The position numbers and the translations under genes were made by a program. Source: Salinivirgaceae bacterium (lineage in GTDB: Bacteria; Bacteroidota; Bacteroidia; Bacteroidales; SZUA-534). From it: a stretch of DNA of 63,246 nt. The stretch is from assembly GCA_024405635.1 (NCBI GenBank), contig JAKSOL010000015.1, forward strand, positions 1 through 63,246, in the 5' to 3' direction. Below, piece after piece: positions 10,110 through 22,096 of the stretch. Within the stretch, counting starts at the first letter, position 1. The number at the start of each line of letters is the position of its first letter. Under the pieces are notes generated by a model that saw only the letters and a program-made list of their open reading frames with translations, was not told where the DNA came from and searched no databases.

Positions 10110-10351
10110 GTCTAAACAATCAATAATCTGGAGTTAAAGTGCGACATAAAAAAACTTACTAAAAGTTTGCGCGCAATTATCCAACTTATATTTGCTTGTA
10201 AAAGTAGTGGTTTTTTGTTGATTTTTTTGCATATTTTGAACATTTATTTTATTGAGGGATAGTGATTTGCAGAGGTCTGGGGCGCTATTGGTGTGATGTT
10301 TAAAGAATTAGTTGTACGATGTTGGAATACGCTATGATGCTTATGTATGCT

Positions 10352-10393
10352 TTATCCTATTACTCTCCTATGGTTATCCTATTACTTTCCTAT
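10352..10393. repeat. 22-bp-period intergenic tandem repeat
   Basis: ttatcctattactctcctat followed by ttatcctattactttcctat. Confidence 0.75.
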
Positions 10394-10484
10394 TTGAAGG
10401 GATGGGGCGGGTGCGAAATCTTTGTTTGATATTTGTATTACACATTTCATAGTATTCGCAAACTTTGCGCTAAATTGGGATATT

Positions 10485-11282
10485 ATGGACTGTGAGGAAA
10501 TAAAGAAACAACGTGGTGGACGGCGTGAGGGGGCTGGGCGGCCTAAGGGCGACAGCAAGCTCTATACGTTTCGTGTGCCTGGCTATATAGCGTCGGACAT
10601 TGATGCGCAGGAGAGTAAGACTGAGTTCATCAAGGAGTGCATCGTGAAGAACATTTTCGCTAAGCATAGCATTGAGGAATTTGGCGATGTCGTTCGTGCA
10701 TCGGAGGTTAAGGATCTGACGCTGCCTTTCTTTGAGAATGTGAGTGTGGTCGCTGGCTTTCCTATTCCGCTCGACAATGACGAGAAGGCGCAGAACATTG
10801 AGCTGCTACAGATGCTCTGTCCGCATCCTGAATCGTGCTATCTGATAAGGGTGCAGGGCAACTCGATGATTGACGCGAACATTTATTCGGGAAACATGAT
10901 GCTATACGCTGCCATGAGCCGACGCATAGTGTCGATACTCAGAAAGAGCATCATGCACGTGGAGAACTACAGCATAGACGAGAGTTTCTGCGACCTGAAC
11001 GGCTACGACAAACATTACAACTTAGAAGAACTGATGCGCGGTGTGGCCGACAAGATAAGGCTATACACCGACGTGCCTGTGAGCGTTGGCATTGCACCGA
11101 CAAAGACGCTGGCCAAGATGGGGAGCAAGTTTGCCAAGCAGTATAAGGGTTATCGTGACGTGTGCGTGATAGACACCGAAGAGAAACGGCGTAAGGCATT
11201 GGAGCTGTTCGACCTTGCCGATGTGTGGGGCGTTGGGCGAAGTGTGTTTCTTCTATGTCGCCTGTTAAAAAGTACTTCCTGA
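10485..11282 (+). pseudogene. Chimeric umuD (S24 peptidase) / umuC (Y-family polymerase) deletion remnant
   Basis: UmuD part (VVAGFP, IRVQGNSMIDA) is joined in frame at about 10890 to a UmuC internal part (NMMLYAAMSRR, YSIDESF, PVSVGIAPTKTLAK, DVWGVGR), then truncated. Confidence 0.85.
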
Positions 11283-11468
11283 TGAACATTATCACCCTAT
11301 CATTGCCGACATTAAGAAAAATCTGAATCTCTAAATTGTCATTGGCAACAAGCCTCTTCTTTCTCGATTTTGACGGAGTGCTATATACCGCTATGATTCA
11401 CGTCCTTGCAATGTGTGAGGACGTGGGTGTAGTGGAAGAAGTTGGTGTTGAGGTTGAAGAAAATATAT

Positions 11469-12331
11469 TCATTCAGTATATATTTCATCCATCTTTCCAA
11501 TCATACCTTTCGCCATCTTCCTAACCTCCATCGGTTCCAACACCTCCACTCTGTCCATATTCCACAATATCTCCTGTAGCAAATCTATCGTCGGACGCAC
11601 AAACATGGTGAATATGCTGTAGTCGTCATTTCTCTCTATCTCCTCCTGCGACTCGTGCAAAGGTAGGCTACGCATATAGTTTGCCTGGTATGCGTCAACT
11701 TTCAGCTTTATGGTTCTTGGCTTGGTGTTCTCGCCGGTTATGCCCCCCAGGTAATAGCGGAAAAACTCCTCGGGTGAGAAGTCTATCGGGTAGTCGAAGG
11801 TGTGGCTCGATGGTCGTATGCCTCTTATTCTGTCGAGGCAGAACACTGTTGTATGACCTGTCCCTGCGTCGTTCCAATGGCGGCCGACCATATACCAGCG
11901 CTGACGGTATAGCTTGACACACAGAGGCATGATGTAGTGCTCGCGCTCTTCGTCGTTGAGATAGCGGCGGTATGTGATATGTAGCATCTGGCTAGCCTTC
12001 ATGGCATCGACAATAGGCTGGAGGTATTCAACGTCACTTGGTATGTTCTCGAGCAGAATTCGGTTTTTGATTGATTTGCAGTCGGCCAAAGCGTTGCTTA
12101 CTGAGAAGGTGTCTAATAGCCATTTGCCCGCAGAGCCGTTCTTTAGGTTTGATGCGTTGGCAATGTAATAGCAATATGTCGATAGGTCACATTCTACATC
12201 GAGGTCGAATGTTTCGCTAATCTTTTCTCTCCATTTGTGGAAAGTGCGTTTGTCGAGTTCCTTGCCGTTGCTCATGTCAACGTTGTTCATCCACTTGCGG
12301 TTGAGTTCCTGCAGGGTTATTCGTCCCGCAT
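11469..12331 (-). pseudogene. WYL-domain transcriptional regulator, 5'-truncated
   Basis: LYRQRWYMVG and FCLDRI WYL motifs, plus LPLHESQ. The frame extends upstream as HAGRITLQELNRKW but reaches a stop with no start codon. Confidence 0.75.
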
Positions 12332-12447
12332 GGGGGTTGCGTAAATGTTTAGTTTAACTGCCAATTAAATAAAAACACGTTGTATAAGTAAATCATTTTC
12401 ATTTCCTTTCGGCATTATTCTTATAATCAACTTCTAAACTTAAAAAA

Positions 12448-13278
12448 ATGAACAAGAGATTATTTATTGTAGCAATGCTTGGTATGATATGCGGTGTTGC
12501 ATGCGCTCAACCTCGATTTGGTGGAGCTCTTGAATCGGCAGTTAAACGAGGTGTAACAAAAGCGGTTACCAAAAAAGCCGAAAGTATTGCCGAGAAAAAA
12601 ACAGAGGCCTTTTTGAATAGAAAATTAGCAGCTTGGGAAAGCAGTGTAAATGCTGAACTTAAAGCAAGTCAACAAGCATTAGCTATGGCGCAAGACTCTA
12701 TGCGTCAGCTTATGGATGTGCCTTTTGATGCTGAATATTCATTTACTACTATTGTTAAAACTGTTACTAAGGTTACCGAAAAGAATGGCGAAACAACTAG
12801 TTCTGATGTTGTGATTTATATGAATCCACAGCGTAGCGATTGTTATGCTTATGGTATTGGCGACTTGATTACCCTTATGGATTACAAAAACAAAGTTCAG
12901 GTTTTGTTCTCGGCTAACGACACAAATAAGGTTTATGTATCGTACCAAATATCTGGTTCAATGCCAAATGGAACTTCTAACGATTCGTACACTAAAATTG
13001 GAACAAAAGATATTTGCGGTTACACATGCCAAGGATATAGTGTTAAAAACGGATATTACAGCGGCGAATCGTGGGTAGCAGAAAGTTCTGATTTTGTTAA
13101 TTGTTACACAAATGCCACCAATCTTTATATGCCTACAGCAGGTTTCCCAATGTTGGCAAAAGGTGTTTTGAATAATGGCGAAAACAAGTTAGACTATATT
13201 TCAGAGGTTACTGAAGTTAAGAAAAATCAGACGTTTATTATTAAAAAGTCCGATTACAAAAGTGCTTTTGAAGAGTAG
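12448..13278 (+). CDS. Secreted hypothetical protein (DUF4412-like)
   Basis: Signal peptide ending ACA|Q; KIGTKDICGYTCQGY motif. Confidence 0.6.
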   Translation: MNKRLFIVAMLGMICGVACAQPRFGGALESAVKRGVTKAVTKKAESIAEKKTEAFLNRKLAAWESSVNAELKASQQALAMAQDSMRQLMDVPFDAEYSFTTIVKTVTKVTEKNGETTSSDVVIYMNPQRSDCYAYGIGDLITLMDYKNKVQVLFSANDTNKVYVSYQISGSMPNGTSNDSYTKIGTKDICGYTCQGYSVKNGYYSGESWVAESSDFVNCYTNATNLYMPTAGFPMLAKGVLNNGENKLDYISEVTEVKKNQTFIIKKSDYKSAFEE

Positions 13279-13345
13279 TTGAATATTGAAAAGCAATAAC
13301 AAAAAGGCGGCAATTATGCAGCCTTTTTTTGTTGGTATTGAAAAT

Positions 13346-13384
13346 AAAAAAGCCTGAACTCTTTTGAAGTTCAGGCTTTTTTTT
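13346..13384. terminator. Bidirectional intrinsic terminator
   Basis: aaaaaa-gcctgaact...agttcaggc-tttttttt between convergent genes; a second hairpin lies at 13301-13330. Confidence 0.8.
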
Positions 13385-13396
13385 AGATTCAAATTA

Positions 13397-14860
13397 TTAA
13401 TTAAAGCGTTGCGAGTCGCCTTTTAATGGAGTTCCCATTGCTGACGATTCTGCATCTTTTTCATCGAGTTTAAACACCATAAAGTTTGGATTCTCGCGAG
13501 TGCATGGAGTCCATTCTCCGTCGGTTGCACCGTTTGGATTGCTGTATTTAGCAAAGTTGGTCCAATAGGTTAGCATTTTCTCCGACAAGTCCCAGTCACC
13601 TTTTGTCCAAGGGCGCCAGCAGTGTTTAAGCGATTTGAATACATACCAAAGGTCTGAAGAGTGGAACGCACCTTTCAAACGTTGAGTAACTTCAGGGTGA
13701 GATCCATCGTCAGGAAGTGGGCGTGCAAATTGGTAAGCATAGCTTTTTTGACCGATACTATCGCGGTTAAAGCAGAATTTTGCAATGCCTTCGCCCATAT
13801 CGCCAAGGTCGTTTAGTGTGTATCCAATCATGTAAGGAACATTGGCAAGAGAACCATCGTATGCGGCCTCGTCAAAACTTTCTTTTGAGCAATAACCATC
13901 AACAACTGGCGCGTAGCGGAACCAAAATCCTTGACCTCCATTAACTTGGTCGTAAATAGTAGCAACGGTGTGCATCACTTCGGTTGAAGTGCGGCGCATC
14001 TTTTCAAGGCTATTGATACCTGCCCAATCAAGAATTTTTTTGTTGTTATTAGCCGATTGTTCAAGAGTCATACCCAAAGCAGGAGCACGGTTGCTAGCTG
14101 TGTTTATACCGCCGGCACTCATAATAACAGCTTTGTGGAACAAACCGCGAGCCAAAGGTGATTCGCAAATAGTGCGAACGCTACCACCACCAGCGCTTTG
14201 TCCAAAGATGGTTACATTGTCAGGGTCGCCACCAAATTGAGCAATGTTTTTCTTAATCCATTTAAGCGATTCAATTTGGTCAAGAATGCCGTAGTTGCCT
14301 GCTGCATTGTTGCCACTTTCGGCCATCAAATCGGGGTGGGTTAAGAATCCAAAAACACCCAAACGATAGTTAATTGTTACTAAAACAACATCTTTGTTAG
14401 CCCATTCTTGTCCATCAAATTCAGGTTCGGTTCCCCAACCTTCGCGGTAGCCTCCTCCGTGAATCCAAAGAGCAACAGGCAGTTTTTTGTCGGTTTTACC
14501 AGCTGCTTTGGTCCATACGTTAAGGTAAAGACAATCTTCGCTATATGGCGACTCGTCTCCGTATCCCCATTCGGTAGTGTAACCACCTTCGTAGTGAACT
14601 GATTGATAGCCAGGGTGCCCGTATTTGTCGGCTTTAAGCACACCTTTCCAAGCAACAACTGGTTGTGGAGCTTTCCAGCGCAAATCGTTGATTGGAGGAG
14701 CGGCATAAGGAATGCCTTTGTACGCAAATACGCCGTCAATTTCGGTTGCAACGCCTTGCACGTCGCCACCTTCAATGCTCAAGATTGGACTCTCTTGAAC
14801 TTGTTTGCATCCTACCAAGGCCATAGCCATTGCAGCAATGCAGATGATTGATCTTTTCAT
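13397..14860 (-). CDS. Type-B carboxylesterase family lipoprotein
   Basis: Lipobox LVGC, GIPYAAPP, SEDCLYLNVW, WIHGGG, nucleophile GQSAGG, GAFH. Confidence 0.92.
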   Translation of the reverse strand: MKRSIICIAAMAMALVGCKQVQESPILSIEGGDVQGVATEIDGVFAYKGIPYAAPPINDLRWKAPQPVVAWKGVLKADKYGHPGYQSVHYEGGYTTEWGYGDESPYSEDCLYLNVWTKAAGKTDKKLPVALWIHGGGYREGWGTEPEFDGQEWANKDVVLVTINYRLGVFGFLTHPDLMAESGNNAAGNYGILDQIESLKWIKKNIAQFGGDPDNVTIFGQSAGGGSVRTICESPLARGLFHKAVIMSAGGINTASNRAPALGMTLEQSANNNKKILDWAGINSLEKMRRTSTEVMHTVATIYDQVNGGQGFWFRYAPVVDGYCSKESFDEAAYDGSLANVPYMIGYTLNDLGDMGEGIAKFCFNRDSIGQKSYAYQFARPLPDDGSHPEVTQRLKGAFHSSDLWYVFKSLKHCWRPWTKGDWDLSEKMLTYWTNFAKYSNPNGATDGEWTPCTRENPNFMVFKLDEKDAESSAMGTPLKGDSQRFN

Positions 14861-15040
14861 TGGATAGTTTTTAATGTGTTATTTATATAAATGACTGACT
14901 TCCAGTCAGATGCTTTTATTCTGCATTGAAAGTCAATAGCAAATTTAGCATAAAAACTATATGAGTTTATGCTGATGCAAAAACTATTATAAAGCGATTG
15001 AGTTTGAAAGGGAGTTTAATATTAAACTTTCTTTCAATGA

Positions 15041-16255
15041 CTATTTTCGACCTTTTAGGAGACAACTATCGCCATAACTTAAAAAGCGAAAATCGTTTTT
15101 AAGTGCAAAATCATAAACTCGATGCCAGTCTTCGCCAATTTGTGCAGCAATAAGAAGCAGCAAAGTGCTTTGAGGCTGATGAAAGTTGGTTATTATATCG
15201 TTAACCACGCGGAATTTGTAGCCGGGAGCAATCATTATTGAAGTTTCGGCCATCAACTCCGTTTTTCCGCTTTGTGCTACGTAGTTGCGTAGTGCTGAAA
15301 AAGCTTGGTTTGCCGACAAATCGCTTTGGAGCGAATATGGTTCCCATTGGCCAATTGACAGAGGATTGCTTAATCCTTGCGCCACTTTTACTCCGCACCA
15401 ATACATACTTTCAAGAGTTCGCACTGTTGTTGTTCCAACTGCAACCAATCGGTTTGAGTTTGTAGCTAAAGGAGCAAGAGTAGTTTCGTTTAACACAAAG
15501 TGCTCGGTGTGCATAGGGTGGCCGCCTATTGTTTCGCTTTGAACTGGCTTAAACGTACCAGCGCCAACGTGTAATGTTACTTCGTGGCGGCTAATGTTGT
15601 GTTTTATAAGCGAGTCAAATACTTGTTGTGTAAAATGTAGGCCCGCTGTTGGGGCCGCCACCGAGCCTTTGAATTTAGAATAAACGGTTTGGTAGCGTTC
15701 GTTGTCGCTCTCTTCCGATTGTCGATTAAGATATGGGGGAATTGGAATTTGTCCCGCCCAGTCAAGTATTTCGCCAAACGATATTTGATTGTTATCCCAT
15801 TGAAACTCAACAATAAACGAATCGCTAACGGCTCCTATGCGAGTGGCCGAAAGTGTGGTAGATTGGTTGCCTATGGTTATTTGTTTGTTTAGCGAACCAT
15901 CTTTCCACTTTTTGCTATTGCCAACATAGCAAAGCCATTGACATTTTTCGGTTTGCACAAACATTTGGGCATATTCGGCAGGCGCAACAGGTTCAAGGCA
16001 GAAAATTTCGATGCGTGCACCCGAGGTCTTGAAAAACTCCATTCGGGCACGAATCACCTTTGTATTGTTTGCTACTAGCAATGCCGGCGATGGCAAATGA
16101 TTTGCAACATTGCGGAACACATCGGTTTCAATTTCTCCATTATCAAAAATCAGCAACTTTGACGAGTCTCGAATTTCAAGTGGGTATTTTGCAATTCTCT
16201 CGTCAGGCAAAGGATAATTGTAATCGGCGATAGATATGTTTACTGGTGCGTTCAT
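15041..16255 (-). CDS. queA: S-adenosylmethionine:tRNA ribosyltransferase-isomerase
   Basis: IPIPPYL, RYQTVY, GSVAAPTAGLHF, TLHVGAGTF, ITNFHQP, FLSYGD. Confidence 0.96.
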   Translation of the reverse strand: MNAPVNISIADYNYPLPDERIAKYPLEIRDSSKLLIFDNGEIETDVFRNVANHLPSPALLVANNTKVIRARMEFFKTSGARIEIFCLEPVAPAEYAQMFVQTEKCQWLCYVGNSKKWKDGSLNKQITIGNQSTTLSATRIGAVSDSFIVEFQWDNNQISFGEILDWAGQIPIPPYLNRQSEESDNERYQTVYSKFKGSVAAPTAGLHFTQQVFDSLIKHNISRHEVTLHVGAGTFKPVQSETIGGHPMHTEHFVLNETTLAPLATNSNRLVAVGTTTVRTLESMYWCGVKVAQGLSNPLSIGQWEPYSLQSDLSANQAFSALRNYVAQSGKTELMAETSIMIAPGYKFRVVNDIITNFHQPQSTLLLLIAAQIGEDWHRVYDFALKNDFRFLSYGDSCLLKGRK

Positions 16256-16333
16256 GTTTCCAAAAATTAAGTCCAAAACAAATGGGTTGGCAAAAATAGT
16301 TAACTTTGATTTTTGATTCTGAAAAACACAACA

Positions 16334-17422
16334 ATGAGTAATATTAAAGTTGGCGACAAAGTTCGCTTTTTGAATGATGTTGGTGGTGGCGTTGTAACAA
16401 AAGTTATTGACAGCAAGCGAGTTATGGTGCTTGGTGATGATGGCTTTGAAATACCATCGTACACAAAAGAATTAGTGGCAGTTGAGACCGATTCGTATAA
16501 CAATCTTAAGAAAGTTGAACCACAAAAAAATGTTTCGCAGCAAAATGCTTCAGATTCAAGATTAACTAGTGTTGACGACCAGCCTTTAGACATGCACGAG
16601 TATTTTTACCCCGATGCAGTTTATTTGCCTAGTAACAAAGATAATTTGAGTCTGTTTTTGGCTTTTGTGCCAAGTAAAAAGGCGGAGAGTAATGGTTTTA
16701 GAGTCTTTTTGATAAACGACAGCAACTATAACACACTTTACAGCATAGCAACAATTGATGCCGAAGAGAAAGTAGAGTCGGAGGCTGTAGGAATGCTTGA
16801 GGCTAATACCAAAGTTCAAGTTTCGTTTTTAAATGTTGAGGACGTGAATGTTGTTCCAACTTATGCTTGCCATTTGGTCTTTTATCGTCAAGGTGAATTC
16901 AAAATGAAGGAACCAGTGAGCAAAACCATTGAGGTTAATCCTGTAAAATTCTTCAAAGAAACGTCGTTCACCACAAACGATTTCTTTAACCAAAATGCAA
17001 TGATTCTGCGCATTATTGATGAAAAAGCCGCTGTCGATTCAATTGAAAACATGTCGCACAAAGACTTTAAGAAATTGGTGTCAGAAAAGAGCGCAAGAGA
17101 CGAGCAACCTCAGTTTAAATCGGCAAAAAGCAAGCAAAAGGAAATAGTGGAAGTTGATTTGCACATGCACGAACTGATTGACGATTTTCGCGGATTAACC
17201 AATGGCGAAATGGTTGAAATTCAGATGAAAAAGTTTCGCGACGAATTGAATAATGCCATGCGTACAGGTGTGAAAAAGATTGTGTTTATTCATGGAGTTG
17301 GTGCCGGCAAACTCAAAGTTGAGATTCGCAAAGAACTCGACCGTATGAAGAAAAAACTTGAGTATCAAGATGCTTCGTTTAAGGAGTATGGATACGGCGC
17401 AACTTTGGTAAGAATATATTAA
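16334..17422 (+). CDS. DUF2027 / Smr-domain protein
   Basis: IKVGDKVRFL N-terminus; C-terminal VDLH...FIHGVGAGKL...YGYGAT Smr motif. Confidence 0.85.
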   Translation: MSNIKVGDKVRFLNDVGGGVVTKVIDSKRVMVLGDDGFEIPSYTKELVAVETDSYNNLKKVEPQKNVSQQNASDSRLTSVDDQPLDMHEYFYPDAVYLPSNKDNLSLFLAFVPSKKAESNGFRVFLINDSNYNTLYSIATIDAEEKVESEAVGMLEANTKVQVSFLNVEDVNVVPTYACHLVFYRQGEFKMKEPVSKTIEVNPVKFFKETSFTTNDFFNQNAMILRIIDEKAAVDSIENMSHKDFKKLVSEKSARDEQPQFKSAKSKQKEIVEVDLHMHELIDDFRGLTNGEMVEIQMKKFRDELNNAMRTGVKKIVFIHGVGAGKLKVEIRKELDRMKKKLEYQDASFKEYGYGATLVRIY

Positions 17423-17456
17423 TGTGTTATATGAAATAGAATTTGATTTAACGCAA

Positions 17457-17495
17457 AACAAAAGGCGAATTGCACAATGCAGTTCGCCTTTTGTT
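17457..17495. terminator. Bidirectional terminator
   Basis: aaaaggcgaattgca-caa-tgcagttcgcctttt between convergent genes. Confidence 0.8.
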
Positions 17496-17515
17496 ATTTT
17501 ATACCAAGTTGGGTA

Positions 17516-19018
17516 TTAACACTGAGGCATGTGCGGTTTGCGCAACAAGTCGTTTACGGTTTTTACTGGATTAAAAGTTGAAGCTGGAACTTCAACAAAT
17601 AATGTTGTCCAATCAGACATGGCACCGTTCCACAATCCAGGCAATTCAAGAGCTTTTATTGCGCGACCTTCAACGCTTTTTGAACTGATAAAACCAGTGT
17701 TGTGATCAACAAAGTGTGTAAGATCGTATTTGTTGCCGCGATAGTCAACTGTAGAGCAAACCAAATCAACAGGGTTAAAGTGAGTTGATTGCGACATTAA
17801 GTCTTTCTTACTTTCTGGAATTTGTGTGCTTTCCAAAATTTGTAGTTGAACTGAACCGTCGGCACTGCGAACCCAAAATGGGCCACCACCAGGTTCGCCT
17901 TCATTTACAACCATTCCGCATACACGAATAGGGCGATCGAGTTTGCCACGTAAGAAACAAATTTTTTGACTTTCGGTATAGTTGTCGTAATCTTCAGGAA
18001 GAACAACCATTAGTTTGTCTTTAACAAAACTTTCAACCTCATGCATTAAATTTAACGAAACGGGACGGCTGTCTAGTTTGGTTAAGTATTGGTCAATCTG
18101 ACGTTTGTAAGTGATAAGCATGCCGCCAAGCGCTTTTTTGTATGTGTAAGTGTCGGCGCGCATTTCATCTTGAACAACATTGTCAATGTTCTTTATAAAG
18201 ATAATGTCAGAATTGATTTGGTTAAGGTTGGCAATGAGTGCACCGTGTCCACCTGGACGGAATTGTAGTCCACCATTTTTTGCTTTAACTGGAACATTGT
18301 TTTCGTCAACGGCAACAGTGTCTGTTTCAGGTTTTTGTACGCTGAATTCAACTTCAAATTTGCATTTGTATAGTTCTTTGTATTTGTCAAGCATTTTATT
18401 CAGTTCAATTGCAAACAAGTCTTTATGTGCATCTGAAACTGTGTAGTGCATGCGAACAACGCCATTGGTTTGGCCATAAACTATACCTTCTTTCATGTGC
18501 TCCTCAAACGGGGTTGCGCAACCGTTTGGTGTGCGGTGAAAACGTAGCAAACCTTTTGGCAAGCTTCCGTAGTTTAGACCTTTATCAGTTAAAACGTAGC
18601 TCAAAAGGGTTGTGATGTCTTTCTTTTCTATCAATTCTTCAATTGAAGTGTTGTCTTTTTTTAGAGCATCTTGCAAGTCGTCGTAAAGAGCAAAATCTTT
18701 AATTCTATTGCAAAATTCATCAACAACAGCCGACGATTTTCCTGAGTTCATTGCTTCAAACAGAGCTTTGAACATGCGAGTAGCAGCGCCTGAAGCGGGA
18801 ACAAACTTCAGTTTTCTAACTTCGGTGGCATTTTCAAATGTTTTTACGTATTCAATTCTTCGCTCGTCCGACAGACATTTGATTCCATTTTTTGCAGTTG
18901 CTGGAGCTACAATGTGAAGAGGTTTAAATCCGTCAACAAATTTTTGTACTTGGTTTTCAACGTCTTTTGGTTCAAGGTTGTGAGCCTTGATTGATGATAA
19001 TTCTTCTTCGCTAAACAT
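17516..19018 (-). CDS. DUF4301 family protein
   Basis: KFVPASGAATRMFK, FRPGGHGAL, FIKNIDNV, GEPGGGPFW, LELPGLWNGAM. Confidence 0.88.
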   Translation of the reverse strand: MFSEEELSSIKAHNLEPKDVENQVQKFVDGFKPLHIVAPATAKNGIKCLSDERRIEYVKTFENATEVRKLKFVPASGAATRMFKALFEAMNSGKSSAVVDEFCNRIKDFALYDDLQDALKKDNTSIEELIEKKDITTLLSYVLTDKGLNYGSLPKGLLRFHRTPNGCATPFEEHMKEGIVYGQTNGVVRMHYTVSDAHKDLFAIELNKMLDKYKELYKCKFEVEFSVQKPETDTVAVDENNVPVKAKNGGLQFRPGGHGALIANLNQINSDIIFIKNIDNVVQDEMRADTYTYKKALGGMLITYKRQIDQYLTKLDSRPVSLNLMHEVESFVKDKLMVVLPEDYDNYTESQKICFLRGKLDRPIRVCGMVVNEGEPGGGPFWVRSADGSVQLQILESTQIPESKKDLMSQSTHFNPVDLVCSTVDYRGNKYDLTHFVDHNTGFISSKSVEGRAIKALELPGLWNGAMSDWTTLFVEVPASTFNPVKTVNDLLRKPHMPQC

Positions 19019-19214
19019 GTTTGTCAAGTTTTAAGTTATATAAAAAACTTTTATGTCTATAAAGTTAGAATTATTAAGAACAATGTGTTGGTATGGCTTA
19101 AATAATTTTTAGCACCTTATATAATTAAGTGGGGGAGGAATAAATATTTAAGATAAGAGCATAAAAAAAGCCGACCCAAAATTGAGCCGGCTTATATTTA
19201 GTTAGGTTTATGGC

Positions 19215-20609
<1,395 letters not shown>

Positions 20610-20919
20610 TTAACGGTGCGAATGTAACCCTATATCATTACACTGAAACTGCCAATTATTTGCTTTACGTAATTTACGTACCACATTTAAGAAAGTATAA
20701 AATATACTCCATAATACGCTGTTAATCACGTTGTTAATTGTCGCTATGCGTGCTAATAATATCTCTATAAAATAAATATGTTAGTGCTTGTTATATAGTT
20801 GTATTATTGGTGCTACAACGGTGGTTGCTTATATTTTTGCCGACCAAAAATGCCACATTAATAAGAAAACATTACTTTTGCCACCCGTTGAAAAAAATAA
20901 CACAATAAAATTAAATATT

Positions 20920-21630
20920 ATGGGACGCGCGTTTGAATACCGTAGAGCAGCTAAAGAAAAACGATGGGGAATGATGTCGAGAATGTTCCCAAAATTGGCT
21001 AAAGCAATTACCGCAGCAGCAAAAGAAGGTGGACCAGATCCTGACATGAACCCAAAATTACGTACTGCCATACAGAACGCAAAGGGCTCAAATATGCCCA
21101 AGGATAACATTGATAACGCTATTAAGCGTGCTGCAGGTAAAGATGCTGAATCGTACACCGAGGTTAATTACGAAGGAAAAGGACCTCACGGAGTTTTGGT
21201 TTTTGTTGAGTGCATGACCGACAACACAACTCGTACCGTTGCTAATGTGAAATCGTATTTCAATAAATTGGGTGGCGGTTTGGTTCCAACTGGTTCTTTG
21301 GAATTTATGTTCAGCCGCAAAGCTGTTTTTGAGTTCGAAAAGAACGATAGCATAGATCTTGAAGAACTAGAGCTTAACCTAATTGATGCAGGTCTTGAAA
21401 CTATTGAGGCTGTTGACGATATGGTTGTTATTTATGCCGATTATACCAATTTTGGTACATTGTCACAAGCTCTTGAGGAGTTGAAGATTGATGTTAAGAA
21501 AGCTGTTCTTCAACGTATTCCAACTAACGCTCTTGAGTTTACTGAAGAGCAAATGGTTGATATTGAAAAACTGATTGATAAACTTGAAGACGACGAAGAC
21601 GTTCAAGCTGTTTACACAAACATTGCATAA
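20920..21630 (+). CDS. yebC: YebC/PmpR family protein
   Basis: MGRAFEYR start, [31 protein letters not shown]. Confidence 0.93.
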   Translation: MGRAFEYRRAAKEKRWGMMSRMFPKLAKAITAAAKEGGPDPDMNPKLRTAIQNAKGSNMPKDNIDNAIKRAAGKDAESYTEVNYEGKGPHGVLVFVECMTDNTTRTVANVKSYFNKLGGGLVPTGSLEFMFSRKAVFEFEKNDSIDLEELELNLIDAGLETIEAVDDMVVIYADYTNFGTLSQALEELKIDVKKAVLQRIPTNALEFTEEQMVDIEKLIDKLEDDEDVQAVYTNIA

Positions 21631-21651
21631 TACCGATTATTTGTAAATCGA

Positions 21652-21688
21652 TAAAAATCTGGATGACGCAAGTTGTCCAGATTTTTTA
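21652..21688 (+). terminator. Intrinsic terminator after yebC
   Basis: aaaaatctggatgac-gcaa-gttgtccagatttttt. Confidence 0.8.
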
Positions 21689-21750
21689 TCCACAATAAAA
21701 AAGGCTCACAATGATAAGTTGTGAGCCTTTTGGTTTATAAACATTGTTTG

Positions 21751-22083
21751 TTATTGATAGTATTCGCTTTGGGTAGCAATGCTTGGAGCTTCAATAGTTA
21801 CAGCCTTTTGTAGATTTAGGGAAGTGTCGGTTGTGTGTGTGTCGTTGGCTACTGGTGTTTGTTTTTGCTCTGTATGAACAAAAGTGAATATACATAGGGC
21901 AATTACTAATATAGCTGCAATGCTGCCTATGGTAGTGTATAAATTAAACACTCGACCTCGGGGTTGTTGGTGGGCTGCAATGTTGCGTTGTACTTGTTCC
22001 CAAACTTTGGCTTTCATATTGTTGGCTTCGGTTTGACTAGTTTTTTGGCGGAACAATTCGTCAATGGCATTTTGGTTATTCAT
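21751..22083 (-). CDS. Putative single-pass membrane anti-sigma factor
   Basis: Directly downstream of an ECF sigma gene; IDELFRQK...VWEQVQ N-terminus followed by one hydrophobic helix. Confidence 0.65.
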   Translation of the reverse strand: MNNQNAIDELFRQKTSQTEANNMKAKVWEQVQRNIAAHQQPRGRVFNLYTTIGSIAAILVIALCIFTFVHTEQKQTPVANDTHTTDTSLNLQKAVTIEAPSIATQSEYYQ

Positions 22084-22096
22084 GGTATTTGCTTGT

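Noticed and set aside
10422-11282. Functional natural UmuD-UmuC fusion polymerase
   Set aside because: It lacks the UmuD catalytic Lys region, the first UmuC catalytic motif and the C-terminal half of UmuC.
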